This document shows, piece by piece, positions 17,750 to 27,813 of a stretch of 64,000 nucleotides of DNA. Origin of the DNA: an uncultured Candidatus Saccharibacteria bacterium (GTDB lineage Bacteria > Patescibacteriota > Minisyncoccia > UBA6257 > Colwellbacteraceae). Both the position numbers and the translations under genes were made by a program. Location: positions 13,349 to 77,348 of the forward strand of contig CAZSQQ010000002.1 in assembly GCA_964609135.1 (NCBI GenBank), given 5' to 3'. The notes beneath the pieces are model-generated. The model had not been told where the DNA came from and ran no database searches. It was given only the letters and a program-made list of their open reading frames with translations. Each line of letters begins with the position of its first letter. The first letter of the stretch is position 1.

Positions 17750-18619
17750 TTACTCTACGACTACTGTCCCTGCTTTAGAAGGATTTAAATGATCGTGGTA
17801 TTTCCATGAACCCGGGAAATTAAAAACGAATGTGAAGCTCTCGCCTTTATTTAGCCCCTTACAGGCATCGAAGCTTGAATCAATGCAACCGCCTTTCTCG
17901 GGATAAATTGAGTGAGTTGGGTGAATAGCTGATGCCGGCCAGCTCAAGGCTGAACTTTGATTAGTCCAGCGAACAGTATCTCCCTTCTTAATCTTTATCT
18001 CTTTGGGAGAAAAACCGTTATCGGTTATCAAAACTTCCTTCAATAGCGACTGGTTATTGGACTGAACTGGAGTCGGTTTTTCTTTCAAACTTCCGACAGC
18101 TTCGTCTAAAATCTTATTACCCACGGACTCTAGCTTGTCTCTTATCACGGCACTCTTATCTTTCAAACCTTCGAAAAGTCGGCGATGACGAGAGACTCTG
18201 TCGGCTAACTGCTGCAACAACTTATCAACGTTGGGGTTATTGGAAGTTTGCTTAAGCGATTCCAGTCGCGCGCTCAACCTCGAAACATTACTATTGTAAT
18301 TATTGAGGGCTTTCTCTATGGCCTTGGTATTGCTGGGCTCTAAGTCAATAACTCTCTTAATCTCGGCGGCTCGCTCGCCCGCGACGGTCAATTCGTATTC
18401 AGCTTTGGAAAAAGGATCAAAGATAAAGAAAAGTTTTGTGGCTCTGCCCAGCTCCTTTATAAAATAGAAGGGATTGGTGGGTAGAATCCCCGGGTTGCCC
18501 AAATCTTCATCTCCGCTTTGAACTGCTGGAGCGGGAGAGGTGGTTTGTGCGATGGTTATTGGTAACGACGAAAACGCGAGAGATAGAGCGAGCGACAAAA
18601 CGATTAATGTTTTTTGCAT
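17750..18619 (-). CDS. secreted protein: N-terminal helical domain plus C-terminal cupredoxin-like domain (paralog B)
   Basis: Signal peptide; C-terminus GFSPKEIKIKKGDTVRWTNQ...H.TH...C-x7-C...GSWKYHDHLNP..GTVVVE. Confidence 0.5.
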   Translation of the reverse strand: MQKTLIVLSLALSLAFSSLPITIAQTTSPAPAVQSGDEDLGNPGILPTNPFYFIKELGRATKLFFIFDPFSKAEYELTVAGERAAEIKRVIDLEPSNTKAIEKALNNYNSNVSRLSARLESLKQTSNNPNVDKLLQQLADRVSRHRRLFEGLKDKSAVIRDKLESVGNKILDEAVGSLKEKPTPVQSNNQSLLKEVLITDNGFSPKEIKIKKGDTVRWTNQSSALSWPASAIHPTHSIYPEKGGCIDSSFDACKGLNKGESFTFVFNFPGSWKYHDHLNPSKAGTVVVE

Positions 18620-18741
18620 GGTCTATATTATATCATATAGCCCTCTGCCAACAAGAAAACCAATTTACTTGAATTAAAAACTCTGCTATATTCTTACCGT
18701 CGTTCGGCAAGCTCACGATGGTGAGTTGCACCGAACCATAT

Positions 18742-18813
18742 TCCGCAGTAGCTCAATGGTGGAGCAACTCCCTGTTAAGGAGATGGTTGTAGGTTCGAGT
18801 CCTACCTGCGGAG
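18742..18813 (+). tRNA. tRNA-Asn (anticodon GTT)
   Basis: TCCGCAG-TA-GCTCAATGGTGGAGC-A-ACTCC-CTGTTAA-GGAGA-TGGTT-GTAGGTTCGAGTCCTAC-CTGCGGA-G; cloverleaf with one A-A mismatch in anticodon stem. Confidence 0.85.
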
Positions 18814-18884
18814 CATATTAGTCACACTTAGAACCCATGAAAACAGCCATCGGTTGTAGGTTCTTGATATAATCAATTGCGGAA

Positions 18885-19643
18885 ATGGAAAGAAAATATT
18901 TCGATGCGCTAGTTCTAATTTCATTATTTTCAGTGACTAGTGTTTTGATTCTGCTGTTAAATATAAACGCTTTAATCTCCCAAATATTATATTTAGTTAC
19001 TCCGTCTCTATATTTGCTGATAAGATATCCGCTCCTAATAAGAAGGGTTTTACTCTTTGCTTTACCGTTAGGTATAGCTCTTTCAGTAATTCTTCAAGTT
19101 TTCGCTGAAAAAAACGGCATATGGTATGCGAAATTTCTTTTACCTAGGCTTTACAACGTTCCTTTAGATGTTTTCTTCTGGTATCCCTTTTGGCTTTTAT
19201 TAGTAGTTATACTTTATGAAGTTTTCATAGATTTTAAGCGAACCAACAAGAAACTAAGTAAGAACTATAAGTGGCTTATAATTGCGATTTTCTTTTTGGC
19301 TGTCGTATTTACCCTATGGCTGAAATTAGGTCAAGTCTCAATAGGTATCCCCTATGCAACAATTTTAAGCCTACCAGTTATATTGCCGATCATATACATC
19401 TTGCTGGAAGATCATAAGCTTTTGCCAAAACTGATAACGTTTTCCTTTATACTATTACCGTTTAATATCATCTATGAACTAATAGGCATTAAGTTGCAGC
19501 ATTGGCATTTCGCAGGAGACTATATCGCTTCGGTCAACATTTTAGGATTAGGGATACCACTAGAGGAAATTGTCTTATGGATAATGTTGGGTCCCGCCTC
19601 CGTAGCTGCTTATTATGAAATGTTTGTAGATGATCTAAAATGA
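18885..19643 (+). CDS. lycopene-cyclase-domain-like polytopic membrane protein
   Basis: About 7 TM; C-terminal GIPLEEIVLW resembles the PxEE motif of CrtYcd-type lycopene cyclase domains; tentative. Confidence 0.45.
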   Translation: MERKYFDALVLISLFSVTSVLILLLNINALISQILYLVTPSLYLLIRYPLLIRRVLLFALPLGIALSVILQVFAEKNGIWYAKFLLPRLYNVPLDVFFWYPFWLLLVVILYEVFIDFKRTNKKLSKNYKWLIIAIFFLAVVFTLWLKLGQVSIGIPYATILSLPVILPIIYILLEDHKLLPKLITFSFILLPFNIIYELIGIKLQHWHFAGDYIASVNILGLGIPLEEIVLWIMLGPASVAAYYEMFVDDLK

Positions 19644-19674
19644 AAGGCTGGCGCTTCTTTGATACAATCTACGC

Positions 19675-20346
19675 GTGAGCAAAAAGGTTCTGCTTGTAAG
19701 TCTTGCAGTAATTGCAATTATCGGCGCCGCCTTATTAGTTCCAACGGGCAAGCGGTCTTTTAACGCTAATATTTTCGGTGAAAGAAAAATATTAGGGAAA
19801 GCTAAAGACGAAACTCAAACTAAGGACGTTTTAAGCAAAGCCAAAACCTTTTTTGAAGACACTTCCGAAAAAGTCCGCGAGACGGCAACTAAATCAGTAG
19901 AGGCGGCCAAAACTTTCGCCGCCGAGAAAGCTGTTTCAACCGCGCAGGCGCTTGCCGGGAATGCTGAAAGGAAAGCAAGAGAATTGGCTTTGAATGTTCT
20001 TCGTGGAGTAGAAGAAAACATAGGGGAGGGAAATATTCTTCCAACAAACACAGTTCAAGTAATCCCGCCGGAAGGAATAACGTCCCCGCCAATCAGCTAT
20101 TTAGCGAAACTTGGCAGCACTATTTCATTTAGCATCAGAAAATCGTCTTTGCCGGAATTCGTTACCTTCAACTTATCGCTTGACTGGGGAGACGGAACCA
20201 TGGAAGAGAAGCTGGGCTTGAGTAACGAAGAAAATCAGACCTTCTCACATACCTGGAGCGTCCTCGGAACCTACCAGTTTCAGTTCAAAGTCTCTTCCGG
20301 AAACGCCACCAAAACTTATACCGGAAGCGTAACCGTCATTGAATAG
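19675..20346 (+). CDS. secreted protein with C-terminal PKD-like domain (GTG start)
   Basis: Signal peptide; ...LSLDWGDGT... PKD signature. Confidence 0.5.
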   Translation: MSKKVLLVSLAVIAIIGAALLVPTGKRSFNANIFGERKILGKAKDETQTKDVLSKAKTFFEDTSEKVRETATKSVEAAKTFAAEKAVSTAQALAGNAERKARELALNVLRGVEENIGEGNILPTNTVQVIPPEGITSPPISYLAKLGSTISFSIRKSSLPEFVTFNLSLDWGDGTMEEKLGLSNEENQTFSHTWSVLGTYQFQFKVSSGNATKTYTGSVTVIE

Positions 20347-20374
20347 TTCAATAAATTCACTATGAATAGACCCT

Positions 20375-20578
20375 TTGCAACCGACGCCCGTCCATAATAT
20401 AATCCGGATTATGGTAAATCCCCTGGTCAGAGATTTTATATCAAAAGAAGTAAGAAGCTTTCGTTTTAGAGTCGGCCAACACTTAGCCTCAGGGCTTTCC
20501 GGATTTATCGCCGGTGTTGTCTTCGCCAGCATCGTTTGGATCACAGTTGTCTATATTTATAAAACCCTAAGTCAATAG
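20375..20578 (+). CDS. small membrane protein (67 aa)
   Basis: One clear TM (FIAGVVFASIVWITVVYIY); fits intergenic gap; weak evidence. Confidence 0.3.
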   Translation: MQPTPVHNIIRIMVNPLVRDFISKEVRSFRFRVGQHLASGLSGFIAGVVFASIVWITVVYIYKTLSQ

Positions 20579-20626
20579 TGTTATAATTAGCGAAAGGTCG
20601 GGGGTAAACTAATTTTCAAATACAAA

Positions 20627-20830
20627 ATGGATGAGGGAATGATGATGAAGAATAAGTGCGGCTGCTCGCATCACAAGGTTATCCCGTTGCTTATCGTTTT
20701 ATTCGCCGCGGCCTTCCTCTTGAGGAACCTCGGAGTCTTAAGCGATGAGACCGTGAGCCTCACCTGGCCGGTCTTAGTTGGCCTTGGGGGTTTAATGAAA
20801 CTTAGTGAAGGCGCTTGCAAGTGTTGCTAA
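20627..20830 (+). CDS. small Cys-rich membrane protein (N-terminal CGCSHH, C-terminal CKCC)
   Basis: 67-aa ORF, central TM, Cys clusters at both ends suggest metal binding; weak evidence. Confidence 0.35.
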   Translation: MDEGMMMKNKCGCSHHKVIPLLIVLFAAAFLLRNLGVLSDETVSLTWPVLVGLGGLMKLSEGACKCC

Positions 20831-20892
20831 AAAATTCGTAATTAGAAAAGAAAGGCTGCCCTAAATGCAGCTTTTCTTTATCCCCAAAGAAA

Positions 20893-21486
20893 ATGGATCA
20901 ATTACCAATAAATTATTTAGAACAATTTTCTTACCTCGGAATTTTCACACTCCTGGTTTTAGGTGGAGTGCTTAGTCCAATCTCTGAAGAAATAGTTTTA
21001 ATCTCGGTGGGTTATTTAATCGGCATTCAGGCCCTAAACAAATTTATCGCCCTACCGGTAAGCTTGGCCGGAGTTTTTATAGGAGACAACATCCTTTTCT
21101 TCCTTTCAAAAAAGGGGGGCAAGTTTACCGATGCCTTAATAAAGAGAGTTACACGAGATAAGCTCCTCAAATACGAGGATTTTATGAAAAAGCATAAAGC
21201 CAAGGCCATTTTCTTTTTAAGATTTATAATCGGTTTAAGGTTTCTGGGGCCGATGCTCGCGGGCTTAACAAAGGTAAAGGATAAAACTTTCAGAATGTAT
21301 GATTCTTTGGCAATTCTTTTATATGTTCCGGCAATGATCTTGATTGGTTACTATTTCAACGATCAACTTGATGCCTTGGCCGTAAAAATTGTAGCCATAA
21401 GACATTTCATCTTCATAACCTTTATGGTCATAGCTACGGTTGCAACCGTCATTATAATCAACAGAAAATTTATAAAAGCAGAATGA
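20893..21486 (+). CDS. DedA / SNARE-associated (TVP38) family membrane protein
   Basis: FLRFIIGLRFLGPMLAG DedA signature, 197 aa. Confidence 0.8.
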   Translation: MDQLPINYLEQFSYLGIFTLLVLGGVLSPISEEIVLISVGYLIGIQALNKFIALPVSLAGVFIGDNILFFLSKKGGKFTDALIKRVTRDKLLKYEDFMKKHKAKAIFFLRFIIGLRFLGPMLAGLTKVKDKTFRMYDSLAILLYVPAMILIGYYFNDQLDALAVKIVAIRHFIFITFMVIATVATVIIINRKFIKAE

Positions 21487-21932
21487 CGCTGAAAATAGTT
21501 TTAATACTGACGATTGTTACGATCGCCGCTTACGGCGCGTTTTGGTTCATTGATAGCCTCCCCGAGCCAGCCGAAACCGACATTATCTCGAAATCCGGAA
21601 TCCACTGGCATCCCGAACTTTCAATCTATATTAAAGGAGTAAAGCAGGAGATATCGGCAAATATCGGCATCGGGGTGGCTCACCAACCAATTCACACTCA
21701 CGATGCAACCGGGACCCTACATCTTGAGTTTAGCGGACTAGTTGCCAAAGATGACGTTAAGCTTAAAAATTTCTTCAAGAACTGGGGCAAAGAATTTAAC
21801 TCAACCTGCGTCTTTGATAAATGCAACGGCGAAGACGGCACAGTTAAGATGTACGTTAATGGTAGAGAAAACAAGGATTTTGAGAACTACCTGATGAAAG
21901 ATAAAGACAGAATTGAAATCCGCTACGAGTAG
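21483..21932 (+). CDS. exported hypothetical protein
   Basis: ATGA overlap with dedA; N-terminal signal anchor; no family. Confidence 0.5.
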   Translation: MTLKIVLILTIVTIAAYGAFWFIDSLPEPAETDIISKSGIHWHPELSIYIKGVKQEISANIGIGVAHQPIHTHDATGTLHLEFSGLVAKDDVKLKNFFKNWGKEFNSTCVFDKCNGEDGTVKMYVNGRENKDFENYLMKDKDRIEIRYE

Positions 21933-21951
21933 TGAGCCTGCCCGCTATAAA

Positions 21952-21972
21952 TAACCCCGCAAGTTGCGGGGT
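21952..21972. terminator. bidirectional hairpin between convergent genes
   Basis: AACCCCGC-AAGTT-GCGGGGTT 8-bp stem followed by ATTCTT. Confidence 0.5.
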
Positions 21973-21983
21973 TATTCTTACGC

Positions 21984-24383
21984 TTAGAAACACCGACTAA
22001 AGCCGCAACTCACGCAACTGATGCAACCCTCGGCCATTTTCAAGGCCGCACCGCAATCAGGACACTCCGGCATAAACCCAAAATCGGCCATGGCTCTCGT
22101 CGGCGCATCGGCTGCCGATTCAGCCGCTTCCGATGTCACTGTCGCAATCGCCAACTCTTCAACATGATGATTGTTGATTCTCACGTGCTCTTCAAGCATC
22201 TGACCGATGGCATCCGGTAACGATAGAACCGTACCGCGCTCGGTCATGACAAGCGCCGGTCCCCTAATTCCTTTTAGCTGATCAATGACATTCTCAACCT
22301 TAATGCCGGACCGGAGAGCCAAGGATATCAATCGGCAAATGGCCTCGGACTGCTCCTGAAAAAATCCCCCGCTCTTGCCGATGGTCGCAAAAACTTCGAA
22401 AGGCACGCCGTGCTCGTCGTTGTTTACCGTCACATAAAGATTGCCGTAACCGGTTTTAACTTTGTAGGTCCTCCCTATCAAGGCCTCGGGACGGGTGCGC
22501 TTTTCAATCCTGCCTTTATCAATTGGCAGATTCATCGGCTGATCGGAGAGTTTTTTCACCGGCGCCTCGGTCATCGAAACAATCTCACTCGACCCCAAGT
22601 TCAAAGGCTGAATAACACGGCTACCGTCTCGATAAACGGTGCAACACTTGCACTTTAATTGCCAAGCCAAGATGAAACTATTTTTGACATCTTCTTTAGT
22701 AGCGCTATTGGGCAAGTTAATAGTTTTAGAAATAGAATTATCAACGTGTCTCTGGAAAGCAGCTTGCATTTTGATGTGATTAACCCCAGAAATATCCATC
22801 GCCGTCACGAAAACATTACGCAAATCTTGCGGCAGATCAGTTAATTGCTGAATGCTCCCCTTCGCTACCGCTTCCTCCTTAATGGCGTTAATCTTTTCCT
22901 CGCTGAAACCCCGGCGATGAAGTTCTTCATCGAAGTACTTGTTCAAATAGTGATACTGATGGCCGTCTTTATCTTGCTTGATATAAGCCAGAGCAAATTC
23001 TGGCTCAATTCCGCTCGAGGCATCAAACATCATTGAGATAGAACCGGTAGGGGCGACTGTCGTTGTCGCGGTGTTTCTCATTTTTACTTTAGCGTCTTTA
23101 AAAACGCTCTTGGAATAATTCGGGAAGACCCCTTTCTCCTCGGCAAGTTCCGCTGACATCTCATGAGAAGCTTCTTGGATTGCCCTCATTACTTTCTCGG
23201 CAGCCGCAAATCCTTCATCGGAATCATATTTAACGCCCAATTGGTAGAGCATATCAGCAAAACCCATTATCCCTAAACCAATCCGCCTGTTCTTTAGGGC
23301 GAGTTCAGTAACCTGCGGTACCGGAAAATCGAATTCATCAATTACATTGTCCAAAAACCTGGTGGCGACCTTGGAAACAAGCCTTAGCCTTTTATAATCA
23401 ACTCGGCCGTCTCTTACAAACTTAGCCAGATTTATTGATCCCAAATTACAGTTGTCATATGGGTGCAGGAACTGCTCCCCGCAGGGATTGGAACAGACAA
23501 TATTCCCCATCCCCGGCAAAGGATTCGTTTCATTCACTCTGTCAATGAAAACGATTCCCGGCTCTCCATTTAACCAAGCATAACTTACTATTTCATCAAA
23601 AATCTGCCTCACGGTCATATCTAATTCCTCAACTCCGTAAACGGCACCATTGGAGTGCCTTAAAACTCTATGAGGCTTCGTCCTCTCGCCTTTCCAAGTG
23701 CAATACCACTGATTATCAGGCTCTTCGATAAGTTTCCGCATAAATTCATCAGTAACTTTTACAGAAATATTGAAACAGTTTATTTCCCCTTCAACTTCTT
23801 TAGCACGAATGAAGTCCAGTACATCCGGGTGATCAATACTCATCATAGCCATATTGGCGCCGTGACGACCTTGTTGTTTTATAGTTCGGAAGGCTTCGTT
23901 ATAAATTTTCAAAAATGAAACTGGACCAGAGGAGATCCCCCGAGAGCGTTTCGTCACAGACATTGCCGGACGAAGCGAGTCAAAAGCAAAACCTAAACCA
24001 GAACCTGCTTGTTGTAATAGCGCTGCTTCCTTCAGAGTTTGAAAAATCCCCTCCATTGAATCGCGGATTGGCAGAACAATGCAATTGGCAATAAGCGGGG
24101 TCTCTCCGCCGGCGTTCGTGAGCGTCCTGCCAGCCGGGGTAAATTCTTGATTGGCTAAAACCTCGAAAAAATCTTTCTCTACTTTCTTAATAAATCGGGA
24201 ATCTCTCCCATATTTTTTCTCAACTTTGGCGATTGCCCCGGCAACCCGGCGGAACATTTGAGCCGGGGTTTCTTTGTTACCCTTGTCATCGGCAATTAGG
24301 TAACGTTTCTTCATCATCTTCAAAGCATTCTCTGAAAACGACTGATTTATTTTCTTATCGTCTAAGGTTGCTTTCTTGGACAT
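21984..24383 (-). CDS. nrdJ: class II (adenosylcobalamin-dependent) ribonucleotide reductase
   Basis: NCIVLPIRDSMEGIF, NPCGEQFL, TVAPTGSISMM active-site blocks; C-terminal CPDCG...CISCVSCG Zn ribbon. Confidence 0.9.
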   Translation of the reverse strand: MSKKATLDDKKINQSFSENALKMMKKRYLIADDKGNKETPAQMFRRVAGAIAKVEKKYGRDSRFIKKVEKDFFEVLANQEFTPAGRTLTNAGGETPLIANCIVLPIRDSMEGIFQTLKEAALLQQAGSGLGFAFDSLRPAMSVTKRSRGISSGPVSFLKIYNEAFRTIKQQGRHGANMAMMSIDHPDVLDFIRAKEVEGEINCFNISVKVTDEFMRKLIEEPDNQWYCTWKGERTKPHRVLRHSNGAVYGVEELDMTVRQIFDEIVSYAWLNGEPGIVFIDRVNETNPLPGMGNIVCSNPCGEQFLHPYDNCNLGSINLAKFVRDGRVDYKRLRLVSKVATRFLDNVIDEFDFPVPQVTELALKNRRIGLGIMGFADMLYQLGVKYDSDEGFAAAEKVMRAIQEASHEMSAELAEEKGVFPNYSKSVFKDAKVKMRNTATTTVAPTGSISMMFDASSGIEPEFALAYIKQDKDGHQYHYLNKYFDEELHRRGFSEEKINAIKEEAVAKGSIQQLTDLPQDLRNVFVTAMDISGVNHIKMQAAFQRHVDNSISKTINLPNSATKEDVKNSFILAWQLKCKCCTVYRDGSRVIQPLNLGSSEIVSMTEAPVKKLSDQPMNLPIDKGRIEKRTRPEALIGRTYKVKTGYGNLYVTVNNDEHGVPFEVFATIGKSGGFFQEQSEAICRLISLALRSGIKVENVIDQLKGIRGPALVMTERGTVLSLPDAIGQMLEEHVRINNHHVEELAIATVTSEAAESAADAPTRAMADFGFMPECPDCGAALKMAEGCISCVSCGFSRCF

Positions 24384-24511
24384 TGCTTATTTTCATTTTT
24401 ACCCGTTTTGACTAAAAAGTTTTGACCCTTCACACATTCTACTAACGGGCCCGAAGTCCGCAAGTGTGGATAAATCATCATAAAAGAGCGGCTTTAGCAA
24501 GACTAACACTC

Positions 24512-25765
24512 TTAACGCTTTTTTCTCCTCAAAAAGGCCGGTATCTCCCAAGTTTCCTCATCCCTACTCGAGTCCGGAACCTCTCCGCCAAGTATTTTCC
24601 TAGATTTTTCTTGCTTTTCCCGCAATTCTTTATTCAGGCTTTCTTCATTTCTCGCCTTGCTTCCGCGAGCCTCGCCAAAATCAAGAACTGAATTCTGGGA
24701 ATTAAGCAAACTCGATAAATCAATCTCGCTTTTAAGCGTGAGACCGCTAAAACCGGTCGCGATAAGCACGATTTTCATATGTCCCTTCTTCAATTTCTTG
24801 TCGTTGTAGGCGCCGAAGATAATCTTAGCTCCCGGGTCGGCTTTTTCGGCAATAATTTTCGCCGCTTCATTAACCTCAACCATCTTCAGATCCCTCCCGC
24901 CGGAAACTCCGAAAAGCACGCCCTTGGCGTTATCGATTGGAGTTTCAAGCAAAGGCGAATTCGTTGCTTGGGCTACGGCTTTCACGGCGCGCTCGGGACC
25001 GGAAGCGGTGCCGACGCCGATTACCGACATGCCGGCGCGGGACATTATTGCCTTAACGTCGGCGAAATCAACATTAATGAGACCGGTGGCCGCAATGATT
25101 TCAGCGACGCCTTGGACAGCGCTTTTTAAAATATCATCGATCTTTTCAAAGGCTTTTATGACGGGCGTGTCGTTGTCAATTATGTTAAAAACTCTATCGT
25201 TGGGAATAATCAGAAATGTATCAACTTTATCCTTCAGTTTAATAATTCCCTCTTCGGCGATTTCGCGCCTGGCCGAACCCTCGAAAGTGAAGGGCTTGGT
25301 CACGACGGCCACGGTTAAGGCGCCGTTCTCCCTCGCAATCTCCGCAATCGCTGGAGCGGCTCCCGTTCCCGTCCCGCCGCCGAAACCGGCGGCAATAAAA
25401 ACCATGTCGGCGTCTTTCAATATTTCCGAAATTTCCGCCCTGTTTTCTTCCGCGGCCTGAAGTCCCAGTTCAGGGTCCATTCCGGCTCCCATACCCTTGG
25501 TCACAAATTTACCGATATGAACTTTTTGGTCGGCCTCACAATAATCCAGATCCTGGAGATCGGTATTAATGGCAATGAACTCTATGCCTCGGACGCCAAA
25601 ATCACGACCCATTCTCGAGACGGCATTGCCTCCGCCGCCGCCAACGCCAACCACTTTAATTCGGATTAAGGGACGCCTGGGAGCTTTTTCCCCCCGTCTG
25701 ATGCTCGGCGCCTTTTTGGCCCCTTTTTTTCTTCTAATTCCGCTCTTCTTCATTTTTCTTCTCAT
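24512..25765 (-). CDS. ftsZ: cell division protein FtsZ (basic N-terminal extension)
   Basis: GVGGGGGNAV tubulin signature, GGGTGTGAAP, T7 loop; 417 aa. Confidence 0.9.
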   Translation of the reverse strand: MRRKMKKSGIRRKKGAKKAPSIRRGEKAPRRPLIRIKVVGVGGGGGNAVSRMGRDFGVRGIEFIAINTDLQDLDYCEADQKVHIGKFVTKGMGAGMDPELGLQAAEENRAEISEILKDADMVFIAAGFGGGTGTGAAPAIAEIARENGALTVAVVTKPFTFEGSARREIAEEGIIKLKDKVDTFLIIPNDRVFNIIDNDTPVIKAFEKIDDILKSAVQGVAEIIAATGLINVDFADVKAIMSRAGMSVIGVGTASGPERAVKAVAQATNSPLLETPIDNAKGVLFGVSGGRDLKMVEVNEAAKIIAEKADPGAKIIFGAYNDKKLKKGHMKIVLIATGFSGLTLKSEIDLSSLLNSQNSVLDFGEARGSKARNEESLNKELREKQEKSRKILGGEVPDSSRDEETWEIPAFLRRKKR

Positions 25766-25771
25766 CGGTTA

Positions 25772-26995
25772 TTAAGGTAAAAGATTTTTTAAAAAGCCGA
25801 TTAACCGATTGTCCCCTATCAAAACTCGCCTGGGACTTAAAACCTCGCTCCAGAGAATAAGCCCCAGATTGGTGACGTATTCCGGAGATTCCAAAAACTC
25901 GATTGTCTCCGGGATCACCGCTTCAAATTGAGCGGGGCTGGGAAGCCCTACCTGCGTTGAAAGTTTAAGCTCCGATTTAACCAAGTCAACTATTCCGGGC
26001 ATTTTGGCTCCGCCGCCAACCAGGACCGCTCCGGCCGGAAGTTTTGATGCCTTGCCTAAAAGCCGAAGTTCGTTGTTCACCAACTCGCAAATTTCCGAGA
26101 GACGCGATTCAATAACCTCCGCGACAAATCGGCGAGAAGGAGCACCTTGGGTGTTGACGTCGATTTTCTTTAAATTGATCGATTCTTTATTGGAAACTTC
26201 TTTGGAGACCGCGTAACCGTAGGAGACTTTTACTTTCTCCGCGACTTCGACCGGGATTTTAAGGGCGACTGCCAAATCCATCGTCACGTGCCCGGCGCCG
26301 ACGGGCAAAACTTTTGTTTGCAAAAGTTTATTCTCTTCGTAAACCGCCATGCCCGTTGTCCCGTAACCGATATCAATCAAGACCGTTCCCAGTTCTTTCT
26401 GATTTCTCGTGAGAACTGCGAGCGCCGAGGCCAGCGGACTGAAAATTATTCCGGAGACGCTCCCGCCGGCAAGCTCAACGCACTTGACCAGATTTTTTAC
26501 AGCCGGCTGGAAACCGTCGATCACAAAACTGTTCACTTCCAAACGGGTCCCAACCATTCCCAAGGGTTCCTGGATGTCCCCCACCCCGTCAACGATGTAT
26601 TCTCTGGTTATGGTGTGAAGTATCGTGCGGTTGGGCGGCAAATTAACCGCCTCGGAGGCCTGGACAACGCGGTCAACATCATCCTTGTAGATCTCGGCTG
26701 AAGCCCGCGACACCGCAACCACGCCCCTTGAAATCTGGGTGCGGATGTCGGCTCCGCCAACATTAAGATAGATATTCTTAACAGCCGACTTGGAAGCCTG
26801 TTTTATGTCCTGCAGAACGGCGTTTACTGCCGAGGCGGCCTCCTCCATATCGACAACAACGCCTCTCCGAAGGCCGCGTGACGGCGCAACGACCGCCGTG
26901 AGAAGATTGATTTTGTGGGCTTTACTTCCCTCGGCTACCGATGCTTTGATGGTATTGGAACCAACGTCCAGTCCTAAGATTTGCTCCCGAGCCAT
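25772..26995 (-). CDS. ftsA: cell division protein FtsA
   Basis: Actin-like ATPase motifs LGLDVGSNTIK, DIGYGTTGMAVY; sits immediately upstream of ftsZ. Confidence 0.85.
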   Translation of the reverse strand: MAREQILGLDVGSNTIKASVAEGSKAHKINLLTAVVAPSRGLRRGVVVDMEEAASAVNAVLQDIKQASKSAVKNIYLNVGGADIRTQISRGVVAVSRASAEIYKDDVDRVVQASEAVNLPPNRTILHTITREYIVDGVGDIQEPLGMVGTRLEVNSFVIDGFQPAVKNLVKCVELAGGSVSGIIFSPLASALAVLTRNQKELGTVLIDIGYGTTGMAVYEENKLLQTKVLPVGAGHVTMDLAVALKIPVEVAEKVKVSYGYAVSKEVSNKESINLKKIDVNTQGAPSRRFVAEVIESRLSEICELVNNELRLLGKASKLPAGAVLVGGGAKMPGIVDLVKSELKLSTQVGLPSPAQFEAVIPETIEFLESPEYVTNLGLILWSEVLSPRRVLIGDNRLIGFLKNLLP

Positions 26996-27351
26996 GATAA
27001 AAATTCCATTTCTCGCTTTTGCATTCTCATTCTATCACCTTTCGTCTCGTGATTATATCCCAGAAGATGGAGTATCCCGTGGAAAACCATGAATTTTATG
27101 TCTTCCCCTTTACGCTTGATGTAGCTCGGGCAGAGGTAAACCTCGCCCAGATGCTTCCAGCCTTTCCGCGAAGGAAATCCGTTCGGCTCCTCGAAAGATA
27201 AAACGTTAGTTGGAGTTCTTTTTCCCAAAAAACGCCTGCTCAAAAATTTCATCGATTTTTCACTAACTAAAAAAACATCAACCGATGTTTTCTTTAACTT
27301 TAAAAACCTGAGGGCTCTTTTCGTCAGCACCCGCAAATCACGCTCGCTCAT
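26974..27351 (-). CDS. ybeY: endoribonuclease YbeY (rRNA maturation)
   Basis: HGILHLLGYNHE zinc-binding H3xH5xH motif. Confidence 0.8.
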   Translation of the reverse strand: MSERDLRVLTKRALRFLKLKKTSVDVFLVSEKSMKFLSRRFLGKRTPTNVLSFEEPNGFPSRKGWKHLGEVYLCPSYIKRKGEDIKFMVFHGILHLLGYNHETKGDRMRMQKREMEFLSWLGSKS

Positions 27352-27800
27352 TAGGCACCTAACTTAGCTTTGACTATTTTACTTACAACTCCCGCTTCAG
27401 CCTTACCTTTAACTTCAGCCATCACCGCTTTCATAACCAGACCGAAATCTTTTATCCCGCCGGCAACAACTTTATCAACAACCGTTTCTATGTCGCCTGG
27501 GCTCATAAGTTGCGGCAAGTAGGTTTGTATGAATTGCAGCTCCTCATTTTCCCTGCGGGCCAGTTCCGATCTGCCGGCTTTCTTATATATATCGGCGGCC
27601 TCCCGCCTTTTCTTCGCCTCTTTCCGGAGAACTTCAATCACTTCTTCGTCGGAGAGCTCTAGGGAACCGTTCTTGCTTCGCTTCTCAATTTCGCGGTTGT
27701 GAATGGCGGAGAGGAGCATACGCAAAGTCGCCGTTTGGCTCTCGCGGCGGCCTTTCAGGTTCTCTTTTAAATCTTCCCCTAATTTCTGAAGCAACGACAT
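27351..27800 (-). CDS. GatB/YqeY-domain protein
   Basis: YqeY-type helical protein (LRMLLSAIHNREIEK...VSKIVKAKLGA). Confidence 0.7.
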   Translation of the reverse strand: MSLLQKLGEDLKENLKGRRESQTATLRMLLSAIHNREIEKRSKNGSLELSDEEVIEVLRKEAKKRREAADIYKKAGRSELARRENEELQFIQTYLPQLMSPGDIETVVDKVVAGGIKDFGLVMKAVMAEVKGKAEAGVVSKIVKAKLGA

Positions 27801-27813
27801 TATTAATCTAATT

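Noticed and set aside
24384-24511. Looked for a cobalamin riboswitch or NrdR boxes upstream of nrdJ
   Set aside because: The gap is only 128 nt (too short for a B12 riboswitch) and contains no 16-bp NrdR-box-like palindromes.
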